Below are positions 47,627 to 61,212 of a DNA stretch of 64,000 nt, piece by piece; position 1 is the first letter of the stretch; each line of letters begins with the position of its first letter. The DNA is from Hahella sp. (GTDB lineage: Bacteria; Pseudomonadota; Gammaproteobacteria; Pseudomonadales; Oleiphilaceae). A program made the translations under genes and the position numbers. Below the pieces are notes generated by a model. It did no database searches, was not told where the DNA came from, and worked only from the letters and a program-made list of their open reading frames with translations. Location: the NCBI GenBank assembly GCA_028280065.1, contig JANQMN010000013.1:44916-108915 (forward strand), given 5' to 3'.

Positions 47627-47705
47627 TTTGCCTCCAATCGAACCGAAAGGTTGTAAATTTCACAAACAAAGGTGGTTATTACACAAACGTAGACAGAATT
47701 CAGAA

Positions 47706-47734
47706 ACAAAAAGGCCGGACTATTTTCCGGCCTT
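47706..47734 (-). terminator. Rho-independent terminator of gltA
   Basis: AAGGCCGGA/TCCGGCCTT stem followed by a U-run on the minus strand. Confidence 0.75.
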
Positions 47735-47753
47735 GAATCGACTAAAGTTTAGC

Positions 47754-49028
47754 CTATTTATCCGGCACATCGCGCTGGACCGGGCCTGTATACAGCTGTC
47801 TCGGGCGTCCGATCCGGTAGGGTTCGCCAATCATCTCGTGCCAGTGAGAAAACCAGCCGATAGTGCGGGACATGGCAAAAATGACGGTAAACATGGAAAT
47901 CGGGATACCGATTGCCCGCAAGATGATACCGCTGTAGAAATCCACATTCGGATAGAGTTTCTTCTCGACGAAGTAGGGATCTTCCAGCGCAATTTGCTCA
48001 AGTCGGCGAGCAATCGCAAACAAGGGGTCATCGGCGCAACCGAGTTCGCTCAGTACCTGGTCGCAGGTCTCTTTCATTACCTTGGCGCGCGGGTCAAAGT
48101 TCTTGTAAACCCGGTGTCCGAAACCCATGAGCCGGAACGGATCGTCTTTATCCTTGGCTTTGGCGATAAACTCAGGGATACGCTCGACATCGCCTATTTC
48201 CGTCAGCATATTGAGCACCGCTTCATTGGCGCCGCCATGCGCGGGACCCCATAGTGCGGCGATGCCCGATGCGATACAGGCAAATGGATTGGCGCCGGAT
48301 GACCCTGCCAACCGCACGGTGGAGGTCGAGGCATTCTGCTCGTGGTCGGCGTGCAGGATAAAGATTTTGTCCATTGCCTTGGCGATGGTCGGACTCACCA
48401 CGTATTCTTCACAGGGCGTGGCGAACATCATGTAGAGGAAATTGGAGGCGTAATCCAATGAATTATTCGGGTACATGAAGGGCTGGCCCATGGAGTACTT
48501 GTAGCACATCGCCGCCAGGGTAGGCAGCTTGGCGATCAGCCGGTAAGCGGCAATCTCGCGGTAGAGTTCCTTGGAAAAGTCCATGTTATCGTGGTAGAAC
48601 GCCGATAACGCGCCCACTACGCCGCACATGATCGCCATTGGGTGGGCGTCGCGTCTGAAACCGTTATAAAAGTGATTCAGCTGCTCGTGCACCATGGTGT
48701 GGTTGCGCACCATTTTATGGAAGTCCTCGGCTTGTTCCACCGACGGCAACTCGCCGTACATCAGCATGTAGCAGACGTCCAGATAATCCACTTTCTCAGC
48801 CAGTTGCTCGATGGGATATCCGCGGTGCAGCAGGACACCCTTTCCTCCATCGATGAATGTGATCTGAGATGAGCATGCAGCCGTGGATACGAACCCTGGA
48901 TCGTAGGTAAACAGACCTTCCTTCACAAGGCCTCTGACATCCACTACGTCTGGACCTAAAGTGCCGGAATACACCGGTAAGTCTATTGTTTTACCATCGA
49001 CCGAGAGTGTCGCTTGTTTGTCAGCCAT
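47754..49028 (-). CDS. gltA: citrate synthase
   Basis: [48 protein letters not shown]. Confidence 0.99.
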   Translation of the reverse strand: MADKQATLSVDGKTIDLPVYSGTLGPDVVDVRGLVKEGLFTYDPGFVSTAACSSQITFIDGGKGVLLHRGYPIEQLAEKVDYLDVCYMLMYGELPSVEQAEDFHKMVRNHTMVHEQLNHFYNGFRRDAHPMAIMCGVVGALSAFYHDNMDFSKELYREIAAYRLIAKLPTLAAMCYKYSMGQPFMYPNNSLDYASNFLYMMFATPCEEYVVSPTIAKAMDKIFILHADHEQNASTSTVRLAGSSGANPFACIASGIAALWGPAHGGANEAVLNMLTEIGDVERIPEFIAKAKDKDDPFRLMGFGHRVYKNFDPRAKVMKETCDQVLSELGCADDPLFAIARRLEQIALEDPYFVEKKLYPNVDFYSGIILRAIGIPISMFTVIFAMSRTIGWFSHWHEMIGEPYRIGRPRQLYTGPVQRDVPDK

Positions 49029-49485
49029 GGTGTTCTCCTATATCGACTTGATGTTGATGCGAATGCATTGCAAGCGCTGTTAATTATGCTAAAGACCGCG
49101 GGCGTGAATGCAGTTAAAAGCCTTCTGGCAAGAATTTTTCGGGCTAGGGGTAACGGCAGTGCCGATTACTGACTGATTCAGGCGCAATGTAGGCGAACTG
49201 GTACGAGCGATGTTGCTAGTCCGGTTCTTGCTGTTTTTTGTGATGATAGTAATTATTTTGTCCGGTCTCGTTGTTGATAAGCCGAAACATCATAAATGTC
49301 TCGCCAACATTTTTTAAGCCCCGGCAGGCAAAAATGCGCGATTATTTGCAAAACTGATTGTCTTTTGCACGATTCTTTTTGGCGCGTTGTTTCGTAATAA
49401 AACTACATTTCGGAATCTTTGCTAAATTTGGATTTTTCTAGAAATTTCGCGGGGTTAGCGCGACCATAGTCGAGTCGTTAATAGT

Positions 49486-49514
49486 TTGTAATTTAAAAAT
49501 TGGGAAACTATAAT
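49486..49514 (+). promoter_or_regulatory. sigma70 promoter of the sdh operon
   Basis: TTGTAA-N17-TATAAT followed by a GC-rich discriminator. Confidence 0.55.
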
Positions 49515-49683
49515 CTGGCCCCGCAAAAAGCATTACCAAAGGACGAAGTATGCAAGTTTCATCATTTATCATGGTGATGTCGCAGCGCTTTGGTATACCT
49601 CCAGCCCCATTCTTTAATGGCCCTGCAAGGGGGCATGCTTAAAGCATCATTAGAATATATTCGAGAGTCGAGTGTGAAAAGTT

Positions 49684-50058
49684 GTGAATAGTAAAAGACC
49701 TGTCAATTTAGATCTAACAAAGTTTCACTTTCCACTGCCCGCCATTACATCAATATTGCATCGTATCTCGGGCGTCATCATTTTCGTTGCAATGGCCTTC
49801 TTGCTCTGGGGACTGGATATGTCTCTCGAGAGTGAGCAGTCCTACAACCAGTTGGTATCTTTGCTGGACAATTTTTTAGCCAAATTAATTCTCTGGGGCA
49901 TACTGGCAGCGCTGTTTTATCACCTGATCGCGGGGATTAAGCACCTGATAATGGATGCCGGGTACCTGGAAGATTTGGAAGGAGCGAATTTGGCGGCGAA
50001 AGCCGTGATAGCCGTTTCTGTTGTTCTCATTTTGCTAGCGGGAGTTTGGGTATGGTAA
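49684..50058 (+). CDS. sdhC: succinate dehydrogenase cytochrome b556 subunit
   Basis: KRPVNLDL, TSILHRISG, YHLIAGIKHLIMD. Confidence 0.97.
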   Translation: MNSKRPVNLDLTKFHFPLPAITSILHRISGVIIFVAMAFLLWGLDMSLESEQSYNQLVSLLDNFLAKLILWGILAALFYHLIAGIKHLIMDAGYLEDLEGANLAAKAVIAVSVVLILLAGVWVW

Positions 50059-50399
50059 CCAGCGTTACGAATTTCGGGCGCAGTGGCGCATATGATTGGA
50101 TGGTGCAGCGGGTTACAGCGGTTGTTCTCGCCTTTTATACGGCTTTTATCGTCGGTTTGATTCTGTTTACGCCCGATTTGACTTACCAAACCTGGAGCGC
50201 CATTTTCGGGCAAACCTGGGTACGGATTTTTTCGCTGATGGCCCTGGTGTCGTTGGGAGCGCATGCTTGGGTGGGTCTATGGACTATTTCTACCGACTAC
50301 CTGAAAAACGGTTTGCAAAGGTTTTTGGTTCAGGCCGGATGCGGCCTGATCATGTTTGTTTATCTGGTATGGGGCGTGCAGACGCTTTGGGGGCAATAA
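50052..50399 (+). CDS. sdhD: succinate dehydrogenase hydrophobic anchor
   Basis: MVTSVTNFGRSGAYDWMVQRVTA, HAWVGLWTISTDYLK. Confidence 0.97.
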   Translation: MVTSVTNFGRSGAYDWMVQRVTAVVLAFYTAFIVGLILFTPDLTYQTWSAIFGQTWVRIFSLMALVSLGAHAWVGLWTISTDYLKNGLQRFLVQAGCGLIMFVYLVWGVQTLWGQ

Positions 50400-50402
50400 T
50401 CG

Positions 50403-52175
50403 ATGGCAAAAGTTAGAACATTATCCTATGACGCTATCGTCATTGGCGGCGGCGGTGCGGGAATGCGTGCTGCGCTGCAGCTTACCGAAGCCGGGGTTAA
50501 AACGGCCTGTGTCACCAAGGTCTTTCCCACCCGCTCCCATACCGTTTCGGCCCAAGGCGGCATCACCTGTGCCATCGCCAGTGCCGACCCGAATGACGAC
50601 TGGCGCTGGCATATGTATGACACGGTGAAAGGCTCGGATTACATCGGCGACCAGGACGCGATTGAGTACATGTGTTCGGTGGGGCCGCAAGCCGTGTTTG
50701 AGCTTGAACACATGGGGTTGCCGTTTTCCCGGACCGAGACCGGGCGCATATACCAGCGTCCCTTCGGCGGCCAGTCCAAGGATTTCGGCAAAGGCGGTCA
50801 GGCAGCGCGAACCTGTGCTGCAGCGGACCGAACCGGCCATGCGCTTTTGCACACCCTCTATCAAAACAATGTTCGCGGCGGTACGACATTTCTCAATGAA
50901 TGGTATGCGGTGGATTTAGTGAAAAATCCAAAAGGCGCAATTGTCGGTGTCACCGCGATCTGTATCGAAACCGGCGAAGTGGTATACATCAAAGCGCTCG
51001 CCACCGTCTTGGCAACAGGTGGAGCAGGGCGTATCTACGCTTCCACCACTAACGCACTGATCAATACCGGCGACGGTATCGGCATGTCCCTGCGCGCCGG
51101 CGCGCCAGCCCAGGATATGGAAATGTGGCAGTTCCATCCGACCGGCATTGCCGGCGCGGGGGTCCTGGTCACCGAAGGATGCCGGGGCGAGGGCGGTTAT
51201 CTGGTCAATAGCGAAGGCGAACGGTTCATGGAACGCTATGCGCCCAACGCAAAAGACTTGGCGGGCCGCGACGTCGTCGCGCGTTCCATGATCATGGAAA
51301 TCCTCGAAGGGCGGGGCGTCGGTCCGGACAAAGACCATGTGTTGCTGAAACTTGATCATCTCGGGGAAGAAACCCTTAACCTGCGTCTCCCTGGTATCGT
51401 GGAACTCTCCAAAACCTTTGCCCATGTCGATCCCGCCAAAGAACCTATCCCGGTAGTGCCGACCTGCCACTATATGATGGGTGGTATACCGACCAATATC
51501 GGCGGTCAGGCGTTGACTCAAGATGCGGAAGGCAACGACGTTGCCATCGAAGGTCTCTTCGCCTGTGGCGAGGCGGCTTGTGTCTCGGTTCATGGGGCAA
51601 ATCGGTTGGGCGGCAATTCACTGCTTGACCTGGTGGTGTTTGGCCGGGCGGCTGGCTTGCATATCGAGAAAATGCTGAATGACGGCTATGAGGCCGCGAC
51701 AGCGTCTGAATCGGATTTAGAGGCATCGCTTGCGCGTCTGACCCGGTTGGAAAACTCTACCAGCGGCGAGAAAGTAGCCGAGGTGCGCAAGGAGCTGCAG
51801 GATACCATGCAGCTCTATTTCGGCGTGTTCCGCGATGGCGAAAGCATGCAGAAGGGGCTGAAACTTCTAGGTGAAATCGGCGAGAAAGTGCAAAACACGG
51901 TATTGGAAGATAAAAGCAAGGCCTTCAATACCGCCCGGATCGAAGCGCTGGAGCTGGATAATCTGTATGAAGTTGCTTATGCCACGGCCGTCGCGGCGGA
52001 AGTGCGCAAAGAAAGCCGCGGAGCCCATGCTCGCAACGACTTTACTGAACGGGATGATGAAAACTGGTTGAAGCATTCGATGTATTTCCCGGAAGACAAA
52101 CGGGTCGGACAACGGGAAGTAAACTTTGCTCCGAAGACCATGGAGCCGTTTCCACCGAAAGCGCGTAGCTACTAG
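50403..52175 (+). CDS. sdhA: succinate dehydrogenase flavoprotein
   Basis: [16 protein letters not shown] (FAD-His), [19 protein letters not shown]. Confidence 0.99.
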   Translation: MAKVRTLSYDAIVIGGGGAGMRAALQLTEAGVKTACVTKVFPTRSHTVSAQGGITCAIASADPNDDWRWHMYDTVKGSDYIGDQDAIEYMCSVGPQAVFELEHMGLPFSRTETGRIYQRPFGGQSKDFGKGGQAARTCAAADRTGHALLHTLYQNNVRGGTTFLNEWYAVDLVKNPKGAIVGVTAICIETGEVVYIKALATVLATGGAGRIYASTTNALINTGDGIGMSLRAGAPAQDMEMWQFHPTGIAGAGVLVTEGCRGEGGYLVNSEGERFMERYAPNAKDLAGRDVVARSMIMEILEGRGVGPDKDHVLLKLDHLGEETLNLRLPGIVELSKTFAHVDPAKEPIPVVPTCHYMMGGIPTNIGGQALTQDAEGNDVAIEGLFACGEAACVSVHGANRLGGNSLLDLVVFGRAAGLHIEKMLNDGYEAATASESDLEASLARLTRLENSTSGEKVAEVRKELQDTMQLYFGVFRDGESMQKGLKLLGEIGEKVQNTVLEDKSKAFNTARIEALELDNLYEVAYATAVAAEVRKESRGAHARNDFTERDDENWLKHSMYFPEDKRVGQREVNFAPKTMEPFPPKARSY

Positions 52176-52225
52176 AAAAGGCGCATTCATCGAACGCGAA
52201 AAACGAAGTTTTTTTGGAGAATTGC

Positions 52226-52930
52226 ATGTTAGTAAGTATCTATCGTTACAATCCTGAAGTCGATCAGGCCCCCTTCATGCAGGATGTCGAGCTTGATCTG
52301 CCTGCAGGTAAGGATCTGATGGTGTTGGACGTGCTGGCGCTGCTGAAGGAACAGGATGCTTCATTGGCTTACCGTCGTTCCTGCCGGGAAGGGGTGTGCG
52401 GTTCCGATGGAATGAATATGAACGGCAAAAACGGACTCGCCTGTATTACGCCGATGTCTGAAGTGGTTAAAGACGATAAACTGGTGTTGCGACCACTGCC
52501 CGGCCTACCCGTGGTCCGCGATCTGGTCGTGGATATGTCTCTGTTTTATAAACAATACGAAAAAATTAAGCCGTTCCTGCAAAATGAGACGCCAGCGCCG
52601 GCGATCGAGCGCCTGCAGAGCCCTGAAGACCGTGCCAAGCTGGACGGTTTGTACGAATGTATCCTTTGCGCCTGCTGTTCCACATCTTGTCCGTCATTTT
52701 GGTGGAATCCCGACAAGTTCGTCGGACCGGCGGGGCTGTTGCAAGCCTATCGGTTTCTTGCCGATAGCCGCGACACGGCCAAGGATGAGCGCTTGGCAGA
52801 GCTGGACGATCCTTTCAGCGTATTCCGCTGCCGGGGAATTATGAACTGCGTTAGCGTTTGTCCAAAAGGCTTGAACCCGACCCGAGCAATCGGGCATATA
52901 CGGAATATGCTATTGCAGCGCGCAACATAA
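52226..52930 (+). CDS. sdhB: succinate dehydrogenase iron-sulfur subunit
   Basis: SCREGVCGSD, CILCACCSTSCP, CRGIMNCVSVCPKG; likely ATG at 52226. Confidence 0.99.
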   Translation: MLVSIYRYNPEVDQAPFMQDVELDLPAGKDLMVLDVLALLKEQDASLAYRRSCREGVCGSDGMNMNGKNGLACITPMSEVVKDDKLVLRPLPGLPVVRDLVVDMSLFYKQYEKIKPFLQNETPAPAIERLQSPEDRAKLDGLYECILCACCSTSCPSFWWNPDKFVGPAGLLQAYRFLADSRDTAKDERLAELDDPFSVFRCRGIMNCVSVCPKGLNPTRAIGHIRNMLLQRAT

Positions 52931-53383
52931 GAGGCGCAACGGAGCACAATAGAGTTGCTCTGTATAAGCAGGAGTTGCGCAGTTATGCCGACTCCTGTCG
53001 ATTTTGGAGTTTTTCAACCGCAAGAATAATAAAACGACGATAAAAAGCATAAAAGGCACGCGACAACAACAAAAATCACCATTGCGTCAGGCGTTAATTA
53101 ATTAGCTGTCTATACTAGTTAGCTAATATTTGATGTTTAATTTTTACCCAGTGATTAAACATCCTTTTATCATGGTTCGCTTTCTTACCCGGAAGGCGCC
53201 AAACACCATTGTAAAAACATTGGAGAATCGCGCACCGAAACGCGTTCCTTAGCATGGAAATTTCGGCCAGATTGGCGCAAGTGATAATGCAAAGTTTGCA
53301 CACCGGGAAGGTATTTCCGGCATGGGTGGTGTAACCCGCATTACATGGCCAATCCGATCTCCATCAACACCAAGGCGAACTAA

Positions 53384-56227
53384 ATGCAAGAAAGCACGAT
53401 GGAGCAACTGTGGCAGACTTCCCACCTCGCGGGGGGGAATTTTGCCTATGTCGAAGAGCTCTACGAAACTTATCTTACCGACCCCAATGCGATCCCTGAA
53501 GAATGGCGCAGCTACTTTGATAAACTGCCGAGGGACGAGCAACTTCCCGCACAGGATATACCGCACTCGGTAATTCGCGAACAGTTCCTAAAACTCTCCA
53601 AACGTCGTCAGGCCGTCATCGAACCGAGCCCGACAGCGCTTGTTAGCACGGAGCATGAACGCAAGCAGGTGAAAGTCCTGCAAATGATTAATGCCTATCG
53701 TTTTCGTGGACATCAGGTGGCCAGTCTCGATCCGTTGGGATTAATGGAACGCGAACAGGTCGCTGATTTGGACCTGGATTTTCATGGTTTGACCCGTGCG
53801 GATATCGATACGGTATTCCAGACCGGGTCACTGGTTTTTGGTGTTGAAACCATGACGTTGGGCGAGATTCGCAAGAATCTCGAATACACCTACTGCGATA
53901 CGGTAGGTGCGGAGTATATGCATATAGTCAATACCGATGAAAAGCGTTGGATGCAACAACGCTTGGAATCCGTGCGAAGCCATCCGGTTTATGAAAAGGA
54001 ACGCCGGATTCATTTGCTGGAACGTCTGACCGCAGCCGAGGGCTTGGAAAAATACCTGTCCTCCCGTTATCCGGGAACCAAGCGTTTTGGTTTGGAAGGC
54101 GGTGAAAGCTTAATTCCGCTGGTGGATGAGCTGATCCAAAGAGCCGGCAGCTATGGCGCCAAGGAAATCGTCATCGGCATGGCCCACCGGGGCCGGCTTA
54201 ATGTGTTGATCAACACCTTAGGGAAAAACCCGAAAGACCTGTTTGACGAGTTCGAAGGGAAGAAGCTGTTGGATGACGGCTCGGGGGATGTGAAGTACCA
54301 CCAGGGATTCTCTTCCAACGTGATGACACCCGGCGGCGAAGTGCATTTGGCCTTGGCTTTCAATCCATCCCACCTGGAAATTGTCGCTCCCGTAGTCGAA
54401 GGTTCGGTTCGCGCCAGACAGGACCGCCGCGATGATAGCCAGGGCGATATGGTGGTGCCGATTATCATGCATGGCGACTCGGCGTTTGCCGGGCAGGGCG
54501 TGGTGATGGAAACCTTCCAGATGAGCCAGACCCGTGGTTATGGGGTGGGCGGCACAGTCCATGTGGTAATCAACAACCAAGTCGGATTCACCACCCATCG
54601 CCGTGACGATACCCGTTCCACTGAATACTGCACCGATATCGCCAAGATGGTGCAAGCACCGATTTTCCATGTCAACGGCGATGATCCGGAGGCCGTTCTA
54701 TTCGTTACCCAAGTGGCGATGGATTATCGCAATACCTTTAAGAAGGACGTGGTAATTGATCTGATCTGTTACCGCCGCCGTGGTCACAACGAGGCAGACG
54801 AGCCCAGTGCGACGCAACCGCAGATGTACCAGAAAATCAAGAAACTGCCGACCACGCGCACCCTTTATGCCAAAAGGCTGATTGAAGACGGGACAATCAG
54901 TGAAGAAGATGACAAGCGCATGGAACAGGAGTACCGCGATCTGTTGGATCACGGTGAGCACGTGGTGAAGAGCCTGGTAAAAGAGCCGAACAAGGAAATG
55001 TTTGTCGACTGGACGCCTTATCTCGGTCACACCTGGACGGCCAGGGCAAAAACCGGCATGAGCATCAAAACCCTTACCCGGCTCGGTAAACGCTTAGATG
55101 TCTTGCCGGAAAGCTTCGTCGCGCAACGTCAGGTGTCAAAGATTCTGGGTGACCGGAAAAAGATGACGCAGGGCGCGATGAATGTGAACTGGGGATACGC
55201 AGAAGTGATGGCCTACGCCACCTTGCTGCATGAAGGGCATCAGATTCGAATTACCGGTCAGGATGTCGGCCGTGGTACATTTTCGCACCGGCATGCGGTT
55301 CTGCATAACCAGAAGGAAGGCAATGCCTATGTTCCCCTGGAGCACATATCCGAAGATCAACCGCCATTCGAGATTTATGACTCATTCCTGTCGGAAGAAG
55401 CGGTTCTGGCCTTTGAATACGGGTACGCAACCACTAATCCGAAAGGAATCGTGATATGGGAAGCGCAGTTCGGTGACTTTGCCAACGGCGCCCAGGTTGT
55501 AATCGATCAGTTTATCACCAGTGGCGAGCATAAATGGGGGCGGCTTTGCGGTCTGACATTGTTGCTTCCGCATGGCTATGAAGGCCAGGGTCCGGAGCAC
55601 TCGTCCGCGCGATTGGAACGGTTCCTGCAGCTTTGTGCCGAACACAATATTCAAGTCTGTGTGCCGACGACACCTGCCCAGGTCTATCACATGATCCGGC
55701 GCCAGGTGAAACGGCCTCTGCGTAAACCGCTCGTGGCAATGTCGCCGAAAAGTCTGTTGCGTCATAAAGATGCCGTTTCCTCCCTGGATGAGCTTGCGGA
55801 CGGGCATTTCCACACGGTATTGCCTGAAGTCGATGAACATATTGATCCGAAGAAGGTTAATCGCGTCATTATGTGCAGCGGTAAAGTGTACTATGACTTG
55901 CTGGATAAGCGTCGTCACGACGAGATATCCGATGTTGCCATCATTCGTGTCGAGCAGTTGTACCCCTTCCCTGAGGATGACCTGGAAGAAGTATTGGCGG
56001 CTTACAAGAAGCTGGATGCAATCGTTTGGTGTCAGGAGGAGCCGATGAATCAGGGCGCCTGGTATTGCAGTCAACATCATATGCGGTCTGTATTGGCCAA
56101 GACTCACCCGAAGATTTATCTACACTATGCCGGTAGACCCGCATCGGCAGCTCCCGCTGCGGGCTACGGCCATGTCCATGTAGAAGAACAAACAAAACTC
56201 GTAAATGATGCCTTCACTGTGCTGTAG
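53384..56227 (+). CDS. sucA: 2-oxoglutarate dehydrogenase E1
   Basis: KRFGLEGGES, GMAHRGRLN, HGDSAFAGQG, WEAQFGDFANGAQ, GQGPEHSSAR. Confidence 0.99.
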   Translation: MQESTMEQLWQTSHLAGGNFAYVEELYETYLTDPNAIPEEWRSYFDKLPRDEQLPAQDIPHSVIREQFLKLSKRRQAVIEPSPTALVSTEHERKQVKVLQMINAYRFRGHQVASLDPLGLMEREQVADLDLDFHGLTRADIDTVFQTGSLVFGVETMTLGEIRKNLEYTYCDTVGAEYMHIVNTDEKRWMQQRLESVRSHPVYEKERRIHLLERLTAAEGLEKYLSSRYPGTKRFGLEGGESLIPLVDELIQRAGSYGAKEIVIGMAHRGRLNVLINTLGKNPKDLFDEFEGKKLLDDGSGDVKYHQGFSSNVMTPGGEVHLALAFNPSHLEIVAPVVEGSVRARQDRRDDSQGDMVVPIIMHGDSAFAGQGVVMETFQMSQTRGYGVGGTVHVVINNQVGFTTHRRDDTRSTEYCTDIAKMVQAPIFHVNGDDPEAVLFVTQVAMDYRNTFKKDVVIDLICYRRRGHNEADEPSATQPQMYQKIKKLPTTRTLYAKRLIEDGTISEEDDKRMEQEYRDLLDHGEHVVKSLVKEPNKEMFVDWTPYLGHTWTARAKTGMSIKTLTRLGKRLDVLPESFVAQRQVSKILGDRKKMTQGAMNVNWGYAEVMAYATLLHEGHQIRITGQDVGRGTFSHRHAVLHNQKEGNAYVPLEHISEDQPPFEIYDSFLSEEAVLAFEYGYATTNPKGIVIWEAQFGDFANGAQVVIDQFITSGEHKWGRLCGLTLLLPHGYEGQGPEHSSARLERFLQLCAEHNIQVCVPTTPAQVYHMIRRQVKRPLRKPLVAMSPKSLLRHKDAVSSLDELADGHFHTVLPEVDEHIDPKKVNRVIMCSGKVYYDLLDKRRHDEISDVAIIRVEQLYPFPEDDLEEVLAAYKKLDAIVWCQEEPMNQGAWYCSQHHMRSVLAKTHPKIYLHYAGRPASAAPAAGYGHVHVEEQTKLVNDAFTVL

Positions 56228-56247
56228 GCTGTAAATAAGGATAAAAA

Positions 56248-57489
56248 ATGGCGATCGAAATTAAATCTCCTACTTTTCCCGAGTCCGTTGCAGACGGGAT
56301 TGTTGCGACCTGGCACAAACAGCCTGGCGAGGCAGTGTCACGTGATGACCTGCTGGTAGACATCGAAACCGACAAGGTGGTTTTGGAAGTTGTCGCGCCG
56401 GCAGACGGCGTCATCGATAAGATCATTAAGAACGAAGGTGAAACCGTTCTCAGCAATGAAGTTATCGCGATATTTGCCGAGGGCGCCAGCGGCTCCGCAA
56501 GCGCCCCTGCGCCGTCACCCGCCGCCGAGCAGCCCGCACCTTCGGCTCCGGCGGAACCGGATGCTGAAGCTGCGGATGTAATTATGAGCCCTTCGGCGCG
56601 GAAACTGGTGGAAGAGAATAATCTGAACCCGGCGCAAATTCCAGCAACCGGAAAAGGCGGCCGGTTGACCAAGGAAGACGTTGTGAAGCATTTGTCTGCC
56701 TCTCAGGTGTCAACACCTGCGCCTGCCGCTCCGGCAACACCCATTGCCGCCAAACCGATGCCGGTTATTGAGTCGCCTGCTGGTGATCGGCCGGAAAAAC
56801 GCGTGCCGATGACCCGGCTGCGCGCCAGTATCGCCAAGCGTTTGTTGGATGCGCAGCACAACGCGGCCATGTTGACGACTTTCAATGAAGTCAATATGAA
56901 ACCTATCATGGATCTGCGCAAGCAATACAAGGAACTGTTCGAGAAGAAAAATAACGGCGTCAAGTTGGGTTTTATGTCGTTCTTTGTGAAGGCCTGCTGC
57001 GAAGCGCTGAAGCGTTTTCCTGGAGTGAATGCGTCTATCGATGGCAACGACATTGTGTATCACGGCTATCAGGATGTCGGCGTCGCCGTCTCCACCGACC
57101 GTGGTTTGGTCGTGCCGATTCTTCGCGATGCCGATCAAATGGGATTAGCGGATATCGAGTCCACTATCGTTGACTTCGGCAAAAAAGCCCGCGACGGCAA
57201 GCTGGCTATCGAAGATATGACCGGCGGTACCTTTACCATCTCCAACGGTGGCGTGTTCGGTTCCCTTATGTCGACACCGATTCTTAATCCGCCGCAAACC
57301 GCTATTCTTGGCATGCATAAGATTCAAGAGCGACCCATGGCCGTTAACGGGCAAGTTGTCGTTTTGCCCATGATGTACTTAGCGGTGTCATATGACCATC
57401 GTATGATCGACGGCAAGGAGGCGGTGCAGTTCCTGGTCACAGTGAAAGAACTGCTGGAAGATCCCGCTCGCATAATTTTGGAAATTTAG
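56248..57489 (+). CDS. sucB: dihydrolipoamide succinyltransferase E2
   Basis: Lipoyl domain [10 protein letters not shown], Ala/Pro linkers, YDHRMIDG. Confidence 0.99.
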   Translation: MAIEIKSPTFPESVADGIVATWHKQPGEAVSRDDLLVDIETDKVVLEVVAPADGVIDKIIKNEGETVLSNEVIAIFAEGASGSASAPAPSPAAEQPAPSAPAEPDAEAADVIMSPSARKLVEENNLNPAQIPATGKGGRLTKEDVVKHLSASQVSTPAPAAPATPIAAKPMPVIESPAGDRPEKRVPMTRLRASIAKRLLDAQHNAAMLTTFNEVNMKPIMDLRKQYKELFEKKNNGVKLGFMSFFVKACCEALKRFPGVNASIDGNDIVYHGYQDVGVAVSTDRGLVVPILRDADQMGLADIESTIVDFGKKARDGKLAIEDMTGGTFTISNGGVFGSLMSTPILNPPQTAILGMHKIQERPMAVNGQVVVLPMMYLAVSYDHRMIDGKEAVQFLVTVKELLEDPARIILEI

Positions 57490-57512
57490 TCGAAATACCA
57501 ATATCGGAATAA

Positions 57513-58952
<1,440 letters not shown>

Positions 58953-59045
58953 CACACGCCTGGTTGCCGAGGCTGATCGGGACAATAGAACATTGGCCAC
59001 CCGGTGTGGCCATTAAAGTCAAAAGCTGACTAATCGGAAAACACT

Positions 59046-60215
59046 ATGAATCTTCATGAGTATCAAGCTAAACAACTCTTTGCAGATTATGGCTTGCCGG
59101 TATCTTCCGGCCATGCCTGCGAAACTGCACAGGAAGCAATGTCTGCCGCGGACTCCATCGGAGGCGACAAATGGGTGGTAAAAGCCCAGGTCCACGCAGG
59201 TGGTCGAGGCAAAGCCGGTGGCGTGAAACTGGTTTCTTCCAAGGAAGAAATTAAAGCCTTCGCAGAGCAATGGCTTGGTCATAACCTGGTTACTTATCAA
59301 ACAGACGAAAAAGGCCAGCCGGTAAACAAAATTCTGGTTGAATCCTGCACGGATATCGACCAGGAACTGTATTTGGGCGCTGTGGTAGACCGCGGTACCC
59401 GTCGCGTAGTCTTTATGGCTTCCACCGAAGGTGGGGTGGAAATTGAAAAAGTCGCAGAAGAAACGCCGGAAAAAATTCTCAAGGCGGTTATCGATCCGCT
59501 GGTAGGCGCGCAACCCTATCAGGGCCGGGAAATCGCCTTTCAGTTGGGACTGAATTCTGCGCAGGTAAAGCAATTCGTTAAAATCTTCCTCGGTCTTTCC
59601 AAGTTGTTCCACGACAACGATCTGGCATTGATCGAGATTAATCCGCTGGTCATTACCAAAGAAGGCAACCTGCATTGTCTGGACGGCAAGATAAATGTTG
59701 ACGGCAACGCGCTGTATCGCCTTCCGCGTATCCGTGACATGCATGATCCGTCCCAGGAAGATCCGCGGGAAGCCCATGCGGCGAAATGGGAACTCAACTA
59801 TGTTGCGCTTGAAGGCAATATCGGCTGCATGGTCAATGGTGCGGGACTCGCCATGGGAACCATGGATATTGTCAAGCTTCACGGCGGTGCCCCGGCTAAC
59901 TTCCTGGATGTCGGCGGCGGGGCAACCAAAGAACGGGTTACCGAAGCCTTTAAGATCATTTTGTCAGACGACAATGTGAAGGCGGTTTTGGTCAACATCT
60001 TCGGCGGAATTGTCCGTTGCGATTTGATTGCCGACGGTATTATCGGTGCGGTCGAAGAAGTGGGAGTAAAAATCCCCGTCGTGGTTCGTTTGGAAGGAAA
60101 TAACGCCGATCTTGGCGCCAAGAAACTGGCCGATAGCGGATTAAATATTATTGCGGCGGAGAGCCTTACCCATGCTGCCGAGTCCGTCGTTAAAGCAGCG
60201 GAGGGCAACACATGA
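59046..60215 (+). CDS. sucC: succinyl-CoA synthetase beta subunit
   Basis: [44 protein letters not shown]. Confidence 0.99.
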   Translation: MNLHEYQAKQLFADYGLPVSSGHACETAQEAMSAADSIGGDKWVVKAQVHAGGRGKAGGVKLVSSKEEIKAFAEQWLGHNLVTYQTDEKGQPVNKILVESCTDIDQELYLGAVVDRGTRRVVFMASTEGGVEIEKVAEETPEKILKAVIDPLVGAQPYQGREIAFQLGLNSAQVKQFVKIFLGLSKLFHDNDLALIEINPLVITKEGNLHCLDGKINVDGNALYRLPRIRDMHDPSQEDPREAHAAKWELNYVALEGNIGCMVNGAGLAMGTMDIVKLHGGAPANFLDVGGGATKERVTEAFKIILSDDNVKAVLVNIFGGIVRCDLIADGIIGAVEEVGVKIPVVVRLEGNNADLGAKKLADSGLNIIAAESLTHAAESVVKAAEGNT

Positions 60216-61087
60216 GCATCCTAATTGACAAGAATACCAAGGTCATCTGTCAGGGCTTTACCGGCTCTCAGGGGACTTTTCACTCTGAGCAGGCGATTGC
60301 TTACGGCACCAATATGGTCGGCGGGGTAACACCGGGTAAGGGCGGACAAACTCATCTGGATCTTCCGGTATTCAATACTGTGAAGGAAGCTGTGGAAAAG
60401 ACAGGTGCTGAAGCTTCCGTGATATATGTTCCCGCGCCTTTCTGTAAAGACTCGATCCTGGAAGCCGCCAACGCCGGAATAAAATTGATCGTTTGTATTA
60501 CCGAAGGCATTCCGACATTGGATATGTTGGTGGCCAAGGTTAAGTGCGACGAACTGGGTGTAAGGCTGATCGGCCCGAATTGCCCCGGCGTTATCACTCC
60601 CGGTGAATGTAAGATCGGCATAATGCCCGGACATATTCACAAGCCCGGCAAAGTGGGGATTGTTTCCCGCTCCGGCACCTTGACCTATGAAGCGGTAAAA
60701 CAGACCACGGATTTTGGTTTCGGCCAGTCTACCTGTGTCGGCATCGGCGGTGACCCCATTCCCGGTTCCAATTTCATCGATATCCTGCAGATGTTCCAGG
60801 ACGATTCGCAGACCGAAGCAATTGTCATGATCGGTGAAATCGGCGGTACGGCAGAGGAAGAAGCCGCAGAGTTCATCAAGGAAAATGTCACCAAACCCGT
60901 GGTTTCCTATATCGCTGGCGTCACCGCGCCTCCTGGTAAGCGCATGGGCCATGCCGGGGCTATCATCGCCGGCGGAAAAGGCACTGCGGCGGAGAAATTC
61001 GCTGCCTTGGAAGCGGCTGGGGTGAAAACCGTGCGTAGTCTTGCGGATATCGGTAAAGCCCTGGCGGAAGCCACTGGCTGGAGTTGA
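60212..61087 (+). CDS. sucD: succinyl-CoA synthetase alpha subunit
   Basis: [25 protein letters not shown] (phospho-His). Confidence 0.99.
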   Translation: MSILIDKNTKVICQGFTGSQGTFHSEQAIAYGTNMVGGVTPGKGGQTHLDLPVFNTVKEAVEKTGAEASVIYVPAPFCKDSILEAANAGIKLIVCITEGIPTLDMLVAKVKCDELGVRLIGPNCPGVITPGECKIGIMPGHIHKPGKVGIVSRSGTLTYEAVKQTTDFGFGQSTCVGIGGDPIPGSNFIDILQMFQDDSQTEAIVMIGEIGGTAEEEAAEFIKENVTKPVVSYIAGVTAPPGKRMGHAGAIIAGGKGTAAEKFAALEAAGVKTVRSLADIGKALAEATGWS

Positions 61088-61105
61088 TTCCGGCTATATT
61101 TCTGG

Positions 61106-61130
61106 AAAAGCCGCCACGAGCGGCTTTTTT
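61106..61130 (+). terminator. Rho-independent terminator after sucD
   Basis: AAAAGCCGC/GCGGCTTTT stem followed by a T-run. Confidence 0.8.
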
Positions 61131-61212
61131 GTGCGTAATCGCCGCTTATATAAAACCTGGTTTGGGTTTATAATCCGCCCCTTTAAAAGAACAAAGCTAA
61201 TCAGGAGCTATT